Positions 31,594 to 40,400 of a DNA stretch of 64,000 bases are shown piece after piece; position 1 is the first letter of the stretch, and every line of letters begins with the position of its first letter. The translations under genes were made by a program, and so were the position numbers. The notes beneath the pieces were generated by a model that searched no databases, was not told the origin of the DNA, and saw nothing but the letters and a program-made list of their open reading frames with translations. This DNA is from Candidatus Aenigmatarchaeota archaeon. Its GTDB lineage: Archaea; Aenigmatarchaeota; Aenigmatarchaeia; CG10238-14; SCSR01. Where the stretch lies: contig JAWADS010000001.1 in assembly GCA_038998625.1 (NCBI GenBank), forward strand, positions 1 through 64,000. The letters run 5' to 3'.

Positions 31594-32191
31594 AGGTTAC
31601 ACTTTCCCATTTTTTTTCAGAAAATATGTCTAACATTTCTTTTACTTGTTCAGATTGAATTTTATTTTTTAACTCATCGAGCTTTTCATCCAAGTATGGA
31701 ACAAAAAAAGGTGAAAAATGAAAAAGAAACATTAAGAAAAGTATCGTAATTAGACTCATGGCTAATCCTTTGCCTATACCCTTTTTCATTCTGTTATTGG
31801 TTTCGGAATAAGATGAAATAAAAATTAAAACAAACATACCAGTTATAAACAAAGGGGCTATTAAAACTAAAAAGTTTGAGACATTAAAAATAAATGCAAC
31901 AAAATTTTCAGAAAAGCCACCAACAGTTACCAATAGAGATTTCAATATTATTTCTAAATAGATGCTTATATTAAGGGTAGCGTAATAGGATAAAATAACA
32001 CTTACTGTTATGTTAATCATTTTCATCATCTCGAAATTTTTTATATTGAATCCCTGCTTTTCTTCTTCTAATTTTTTTACCTCTACACTTTTTTCTAAAG
32101 ACTTTTCTAAAAGTTTAGAGACTTTTTCTAATTGTTTAGCAATTTTTTCACTGATTGCAGATTTGGCCTTATTTAAAATTGCTTTTACCAC
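31586..32191 (-). CDS. Hypothetical membrane protein
   Basis: K/E-rich N-terminus followed by three TM segments. Confidence 0.6.
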   Translation of the reverse strand: MVKAILNKAKSAISEKIAKQLEKVSKLLEKSLEKSVEVKKLEEEKQGFNIKNFEMMKMINITVSVILSYYATLNISIYLEIILKSLLVTVGGFSENFVAFIFNVSNFLVLIAPLFITGMFVLIFISSYSETNNRMKKGIGKGLAMSLITILFLMFLFHFSPFFVPYLDEKLDELKNKIQSEQVKEMLDIFSEKKWESVTYG

Positions 32192-32226
32192 AATTCTATT
32201 TTATTTTCTAAAAATAAATCTAATGT

Positions 32227-34086
32227 ATGAAAGGGATTTCTACTTTACTAGTTTTGGCCGCAATTTTTTTATTTGTAAGCTTGCTTATAAATTTTATTTT
32301 CTTTCTTAATGTTTTGTCAAGAGAAGAAAATTTTGTTAGAACAGTAAGGGAAATGTATATCTATCAAGGGATAAATTACATCGAGCAATTTAAGAGGGCT
32401 TTTCCTTTTTTAATCGAATACTCAATTTATAAGACTCTATCTCATAATGGAGGAGAACTATGTTCTTTCGGCCAAAGCACTTTTATAACTCCTTTAGCAG
32501 CCCAAGATTTCTTAAGCAGAAATCGCTTACTTACTATTAATAATGTTCCCGCAGGTAGTATTCATACATCCCTCTATTGGGTTTTACTATATTTTGACAA
32601 TTATCATAATTATTTAAATAAAATTGCCGAATTAACTTCGATCTTTTCTAGGATTCAACGCATCGTCTTCGATTATACCCCCGGGGTTAAAGTTGATGGT
32701 TATGCTGTGGATGATAAAATATTAGTAACTTCTGAAAATACAATATCAAAACTTTTGCCAAACAATTTAGGAATTTTAAATGAAACCTTAAATGCTTCTG
32801 TCGAATTAATCATGAATTTTATTCAACTCCTCGATAGAGCAGACGAAGAATGGTTAAATCAACCAAAATGTAGTGAGAGGGATTCTCTAGTAAAAAGTAC
32901 AGCTGAGGCCTTTGAATGTAGCGAGGAAGGATCTTTTACCTACTCTTCATTAGAAGAATGTGAAAATGCTTGCGTATATATGGAACCATCAAGATGCGTT
33001 TATATTTTACAGCAAGAAATTGCTGGTGCTATAGGTGTACCATTAGGTTCAGATGTTAAAAACATTGATAAAGTTAAGGGAAGGTCAGTTGCTATAAGAG
33101 AATATACTAATCTAGGTGTCGAAACAAATTATCTTTTAGGATATTGCGTTGATAGTGGTTGCGATTGTTCTAAAAAAGAGTGTGAAGAGAAGGATGATGA
33201 AGGAAATTGTATTGAAGAAAAGTGTGTAGAATGGACTAAGAAAGTTAAGTGTGAATACAAAAATTGGAGGGCAAGAGCAGGTTTATCTATCACAGAAAAG
33301 GATGAAAGGAATTTTTACCCTGCTTCGAATGATTGGGTGCAATCACAATTTAGTTTTAGTATGGTTTTAGGGCATTTGGATTTAGGAACCAGAACTACAT
33401 TAGACACTTGTGCTACTAGAAAAATAATTGAAGCCCAGTTGGAGGAAGAGTGTAAAAAGTCTGGCGGAACTTGGAATCCAGATAAAAAGCAATGTGAAAA
33501 TTGTCCAGATAGGAAAGTTTTCTACAAAGGTAAATGTGTAGAAAAATCTATTGTATGTAAAGAGACAGGTGGGACTTACAATCAAGATACAGACACATGT
33601 TCATGTCCTGATGATAAATTACTTGTTCTAGAAGCTTATTGTATAAATAAAAAAGAAATTTGTGAAAGCGAAGATGAGAATTTGGGTATAGTCAAAGGTA
33701 ATTACAACCCACAGACAAATGATTGCGAATGCCCTCAAGATACTATTGATATGGGTCCTTATTGTTTATCAAAAAAAGCAGCTTGTACTCAAAGCGGTGG
33801 AACTTATAATCCAAATAATCCGAAAAAACCTTGCGAATGCGATGCAAATAAGGGTTTAATTTCTTGGGGGGATGTTTGTGTAAGTAAGAAGGAGGCTTGT
33901 GGTTTTAGTGCTCCAGATAAGGGAATAAAAGCCGGTACATATGATGAAGTTAATAGAGTTTGTGATTGCCCTAATGGAACTAAATACAATGAAGAATTTG
34001 GAATTTGTGTAGAAGCAAAACTAGTATGTAGTTGTGCAAAAAATGTTGTGACTAACGAAGTAATCTGTAGTTGTTCAGAAGCTTAA
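32227..34086 (+). CDS. Large pilin-like adhesin with Cys-rich EGF-like repeats
   Basis: MKG|ISTLL class III-type signal; five C..G[TN][YW][ND]..C.CP..C repeats. Confidence 0.75.
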   Translation: MKGISTLLVLAAIFLFVSLLINFIFFLNVLSREENFVRTVREMYIYQGINYIEQFKRAFPFLIEYSIYKTLSHNGGELCSFGQSTFITPLAAQDFLSRNRLLTINNVPAGSIHTSLYWVLLYFDNYHNYLNKIAELTSIFSRIQRIVFDYTPGVKVDGYAVDDKILVTSENTISKLLPNNLGILNETLNASVELIMNFIQLLDRADEEWLNQPKCSERDSLVKSTAEAFECSEEGSFTYSSLEECENACVYMEPSRCVYILQQEIAGAIGVPLGSDVKNIDKVKGRSVAIREYTNLGVETNYLLGYCVDSGCDCSKKECEEKDDEGNCIEEKCVEWTKKVKCEYKNWRARAGLSITEKDERNFYPASNDWVQSQFSFSMVLGHLDLGTRTTLDTCATRKIIEAQLEEECKKSGGTWNPDKKQCENCPDRKVFYKGKCVEKSIVCKETGGTYNQDTDTCSCPDDKLLVLEAYCINKKEICESEDENLGIVKGNYNPQTNDCECPQDTIDMGPYCLSKKAACTQSGGTYNPNNPKKPCECDANKGLISWGDVCVSKKEACGFSAPDKGIKAGTYDEVNRVCDCPNGTKYNEEFGICVEAKLVCSCAKNVVTNEVICSCSEA

Positions 34087-34119
34087 TACGTATATTTTTA
34101 AAAAACCAAATTTTAAATA

Positions 34120-34497
34120 ATGAATTGGGAGGAATTATATAAAAAATATTCAAAGCCAAAAAAGAAAAAAATATTTCCTATTTTATTAGTTATAGTCTTT
34201 TCGACTCTATTTTTTCTCTTCATATTATATTATTTTTCTTTACCAGAATTTATAGAGCCACAGGCTGAAATTGTAAGTGATGTAATAACTCTACCTTCTA
34301 TAAAGGGCGAGCATTGCACAATATATATAACTGGTCCAAATAATATAATAAAATTATTTTCGGAATATGATTGTAGCGAATATCAAATTTTTAGGTTTGA
34401 GATTTTAGATCTTTTTTCGGATATTAAAGGTAGGTATAAGTTAGTTGTTGTTTCTGATTCAGGAAATAATTTGACGAAAAACTTTTTGGTGGTATAA
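34120..34497 (+). CDS. Single-TM protein with small beta-rich domain
   Basis: Basic N-terminus plus one TM; the stop overlaps the start of the giant ORF (TAATG). Confidence 0.65.
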   Translation: MNWEELYKKYSKPKKKKIFPILLVIVFSTLFFLFILYYFSLPEFIEPQAEIVSDVITLPSIKGEHCTIYITGPNNIIKLFSEYDCSEYQIFRFEILDLFSDIKGRYKLVVVSDSGNNLTKNFLVV

Positions 34498-37400
34498 TGA
34501 AAAAAAGTATTTCAATTTTTTTAATTATAACTTATTTGCTCTCCATTATTAAAGTACCAATAGCTGTCACGCAGAGTACAGATAATTTTAGTGATGAAGA
34601 TGTAAAGAAAATTTTAAGCAAAGGAGCAATATTTTGTGTAAAAGATGCTGTAGAGGTATCTAAAGATGTTTATAAAGTTGTATGTTTAATCTCTCCTAAA
34701 AATTTAACCAAAGTAAAATTTGAATTTGGGCCCGCATTTAGTTTTGGAAGAATGGAGTTTCTAGGTTATGAAGCCACAGATAAGATTGAGTTTGTGAGCA
34801 AATTTAAGAACTTTCTGGAGTTTGAAGTATTTCCCACTTCTAGAGTAGGATTTACTATAAATATAAAAGCAAATTTCAGGCCCAATTTCAAAGTAACTTC
34901 CACTCTACCTGCTTATTACTTTAATGATTTGAAAGAACTTTTTGATGCTATAGATTCTATTCATTCTATAGAAGCATTGGAAGTTTTAAAATCTAGTTGT
35001 GAGGTGGCGTTTGAGAAAGAATGTGTTTTAGAACATTTTATTACTAATTCCAGTGCTCCGGCGAAATATATAAATTTAACTAGTGATGAGTTAAGCAAAT
35101 TGGTAGCTTTAGGAGAATTTTCCAAAAAGATAGATGGTGCTGATGTAAAATTTGTGCTTAGTTTTGAAAATAATGAAGTAAAAGTTTATGATAAGGAAAA
35201 TTATGTCGGAAACTTTTATTTGCATTCAGCTTTTGTTCCCGTTAAAGCGCCAAGCCTCCCTGAAACGAATTTAACATCTTTAGAAACGATTAAAGAAGTT
35301 ACCTTATTTTTCTTGAATTATGAATTGAAAATAAATGGAACTGACGTTTATATAACAGAGTACGAAGATTTAGATTTGTTGGCAGATGAAATATTTTCTG
35401 GCAAACTATTTCCAATTACAGGTTCTTTTATTGCCACAGAAATTTTTAATAAGATAAAAGAAGAGTTGCTAATTAAACAAAGTAAACAAAGAGATTTAGC
35501 AGAAAAAATACATACTTTTGAAAAATTCGCTACCGACTATAATGTAAATATATTTAAACGCATAATGATTGCTATCTTAAACGAGATAAATAATAATATA
35601 GAATTAGGTGAAATAGAGGAAGCTAGTCAGCGTATAACAAAATTGAAAAATGCAGTTGGGGAATTTTCAAAAAATGCAGTTGGGGAATTTAAAGATTATT
35701 TCCAAGATTTAGAGAAAGAACTAACTAAAATAGAAGAAACCATTAAAACAGATTTTAAAAGTGCACTAGATTATGTAAGAAATTTAAAAGAAAAAATAAC
35801 TTCTGAAACAATTAATGATTTCCTTCAAGTTGCAAAGTCGAAAGGAGTAGATATATCTAAAAAATTTACAGAGAAAGATGGTAGGAGAGCACCAAAAGTT
35901 GTAAATGTTGTAAGAACAAGCGTAACAGAATTACCACCATCTATAAAAGATAAAATCACGTCACCTATATTCGTTCCTAAAGGACAACCTGATTTAAAAG
36001 ATATGAAAAAATTCTTTAAAGAGCTCGCTTTTAGGGATTATATTGACCAAGGCATTTATTTGTTCTGGGGTGATTACTCAAAGGTCCCTAGAGAATATTT
36101 ACAAGTATATGTTTCTGTAGCTAAGGAAGATTATCAAAAGGCTTTGAAGTTTATACAATTTGAACTGAAAAGAAATAATATACCTCATTTAATGGTTAAG
36201 CCAGAGCTTTATGATGAAGTTAAGAATGGAAAATATGTGATAATTCTTTTACGTAATAATGACGATTTGAGAGTGGTAAGGACCATAGAAGATATCTTAT
36301 ATAATCTAAATATTAGACCTGGGCCCAAGCCTTTAATAAAGGGAATATCTTTAGATAAGTATATAATAAGTAAATATACTTTTGGCGCGTGGGAAAACAA
36401 TTTTGGTGGAGAAAAAAAGATTAAACCAATTCTTGCATATAATTCTGATACTGGGAAGTTGGAAACTATATCTCCAGAGACACCTTTGCTTCCAAAAGTT
36501 GTTACACAATCTGATTTATTGAATAAAAATTTCAAAGAGGGAGATGTGATTGCTTATTTTGCTCCTCATGGTGATGCTAGAATATATTTAATGGGGGAAA
36601 TAAAATCCTTTGACGCAAGTAAAAAAAGAGTTCTCGTTTCAAATATTTTTGGTTCAGAATTTGAGATCCCAATAAATTGGGTATCAAATACACCAAACAT
36701 TCATATCTTTTACGATAAACATAAGCAAATCGAAATACGACAATTATCAGAAAAACTATGGAGGAATTCTCTATCAAAAAATCTCGCCTCTAAATTAAGC
36801 ATATCGGATGTTGAGCTTTTGTTAAAGAATGGATTTTACCTTAAAGGTGATTTAGTTTATTACCTTTCTGAAGATAAAAGAATTTATAGCTTACCTCTCG
36901 ATGATTTTCTAAAATCTCCCTCAATTGAAGATATTTTTTGGGATACATATAAGAATCATTTAATAGTTATTCCTAATTCCCTAAGCGAAAAATATCCTGC
37001 GAGACTTAAAGGTCTTGCTATAACTAAATCTGTTTATAATGATATAACTTCTTGGATTAATAACATCCAGCCCGGTCAACAGAAAGGTTTAGTTGCTTTC
37101 CTTACAATGAATGAAAAAGGAGTGATAGACAAAGTTTGGTTAAAGGGCATAACTGATCCTGTTTATGAAGGAGTGACTCTTGGTTCTATCCAAGATTTCC
37201 ATAAGTATATATTAGCAAAATATTTGAACCCATTAGAGTTTGGTCTACATGGAAAACTATTGGCATATTTCGTACCAGAAGGCTTCTTACCAGATTTAAC
37301 CTTAGGGCAACTTTTAGCGTCTTTTGAGTATGATAAAAAGGATGTTTTTCATTTATTGCTTATTTCAAGAGAATTAGGTGAAGTAAAATTTAATTTTTAC

Positions 37401-40400
37401 AGAATTGATTTTTCCAAGTTATCGAAGGATGATATTCAATGGCTAAAATACATAGCGAATGAATATCGAAGGAGAACTGGAACAGAATTAGCTTTATCTA
37501 CAATAAGTGAGCAATTGGAGGCGCACCCAGATTTAAAAGCATATTTTGAAAAACATTCTAATTTCCACAAGATTGGTACACAAAATATTGAAATGGTTCA
37601 TAAAATTGATGAAACAAAAGCTTTCAAAATTGCACTACTTAATGGTGAACAAGCCATAGGTGGTTTGGAGAGATCTCTAAAAAATCTTAAAAAAATGATA
37701 TTTTTTGGCAATGAGTTAGATCTTCAAACTGGTTTTACATATAGATATTCTTTTAGATACGCTTCTAATATATATACAGAAATACGCAGAAGAGTGGATC
37801 TATGGGACAGTATTTTAGATAATCTGTTAAAAAGCGGTGAGATATCCCAAGAAATTTACAATTCTTATAAAAACATAATAAATAAAGTTTACGAAATAGG
37901 ATTAACCATTGAGCCAGGGAAGCCTATAAAGGATACTTTGAAAAAAATTGATGAAGCTTTAAAGTCAATAAAGAATGAAAAGAAGACATTATTTAAATTA
38001 TTATCCTATCAATCTAAAAAATTATCCATAGAGCCCAACACTGGGTTTAGTGAGGTCGCTAAAAATATAGAACCTACTAAATTACCTGAAAATATTGAAG
38101 AGTCCATAGAGAATTCTGCAATCGCTAAAGTAGCAAAAGAAGAAGCTGAAAAGGGCATAAAAGAAATTCCAAGTCAAGAAGAAATTCTACAAAAAATTGA
38201 AAGGGAACAAGAAAGATTAATATCAGAAACACCAAGAACGAGTTTTGAGCCTACTGCTCAAAAAATTGGTAAAGTAGATGAATTAACTTCCAAGATTGAT
38301 AATTATATCCTATCTAGTAAAATAGCAGATTCGTTAACAACAGAAAATATTAGAAAATTGTTGGATGGAAAAGTAGTTTTTGTTGATGATAATTATTTGC
38401 TTGTATTATCTCCAAAAGGTCAATTAACTTTAGTTCATTTTCCTGATAAAACGTTTTTATATTCTTCCGATGGAACTAAGGCTGTTATAAAAATGAGATC
38501 CACACCCTACCTAACACCAGACGATTTAGATGAATTAATAAAAAAGAACATACCTATGGTTTATCCGAAATATAAGCTTCCCGATGAAGTTCTTGTAATA
38601 GGAATTGTGGATGGAAGGCCTGTTGAAAAACTTTATGATTTGAGAGAATTCAAAAAGTTTGTTGAAAATGAGGGAACGCCTTCAGCAAAAATATCAAGAG
38701 AATTTAGAGAAAAATTTAACTCTTATTTAGATTCTATTCGTGGAACAGAAGAAGAAGTTGTAAAAGCGTTAGATAAATTTTTCAATATGAAAGGGTTGCC
38801 GGAAAAATCTGATTTAACTATTGCGGCAGGCCCGGCAGTAAAAGTAAAACCCAAATTACTCAACATCGATGAAGATTATCTTCAATTCAGGTTAGGAATT
38901 TCTATTATTAATGCCGAGACGGCACAAAACGTACTTTCACCAATATATGCTATAAGGGACGATTTAGAAACTAATTTTAAGTTAATGGGAATAAAGACCC
39001 CTGATGACATAGCAGATGGTATGACAATAAAAATAAAAGGAAGAGATTATGTTTTACGTAAATTACCTAATAACCAAATTTCTATCGAGCTTGCAGTTTT
39101 TCGTGAGGGTGATCCATCCCTTTTAGAATTCCAAAAAGTGGGCACATTTTATCTTGTTGATGGTGAAGTTAAAGATGCGTATTCATGGAATAGAGCGGTG
39201 GCTTCTACGTTCAAAGATGTAAAGGCTTCTCAAGACCTCAGGGATGGCAGATATATTCTGAATACAAATAATTACAAAATTGAAAAAATGGATTATGGCT
39301 CAGTAGTGTTTGAAAATAATAGGCCAGCTATTTTTAGTATTGTAGGGGCAAATAGGGAAACCATGTATGTACCTATTTCTATTGATAGATCGCAATTTTT
39401 GCAAAAAACTTTCTCAGAAATCGGAACTGCTGGGATAGGAAAAGAATATGCATTCGGTTCAGACAATGGAGATGTCTATAGATTTACCAAAAGACATTGG
39501 GAACCCGATTTAAAATGGGAAATGGAAGTTAATGGAAAACCGGCTGGATTTTTGACGGATGAAGGATTAAAAACAAAAATAAGAGAATTAGTGGGTTCTG
39601 GTTATAATCCATTAATTCCCGCTTATAGGTTTAGTCCAATCGATGTTGAAAAAGAAATAAGAGGACTTTCAGAGCCTTATTATTCTAAAACTTTCTCAAA
39701 TGGTCAAGAAGCTTTCAGACTTAGAAATGTTGATGGTCGCATTATATTAGAGACAGGGGGGATGCAACCAAGAACAATAACTGTTGAAGAGGCTCGGTCA
39801 CTTCTAGCAACATCTAAAAGAGTAGAGATATTAAGCACAGATGGTGCTAATTTAATATCCCAAACATCTTTTTGGAAACAAATATCAAGGCCAGTAGGAA
39901 TATTAACAAAAGATTTTTATCCTTTAGTTGGTCCGGCTGATTTTATTGCTTTTGGCGCTATAGCAGCATTTTCTCTTTATAGTATAACTGAAAATAGGGA
40001 AGAAATGAATAGGAGAATTGTTTATAATACGGTTGAAAATTTTGCGGTCGAGCCTCTATTAGTTACAACAATTGCAAGGGGTTTAGGTCTGAGAGCAGCT
40101 TTCAGTGGCGCAAGGGCTGCTGTTGCGGGCGTAGGTGGCGCAATTACTCTAGGAATTTTAACGGCTGTAGTTGCTGCAGAAATGGTTGCAGAAGATACAA
40201 TAGAAGAATATCTAAGAGGTAATAGGTTAAATGATATGGGTATACCTATACCTAATGATTTGGGGTCAGCTTTAGGTAGAGTTTTTGGAGGATATTGGGA
40301 CTTTTTAATAAATTCAAATAGTGAGCAAACTCTAGAGAGTAGCAGTATGTTTAATACAGTAGCTACATCCATTTATAAAGACTTATCTAATCAAGCATTA

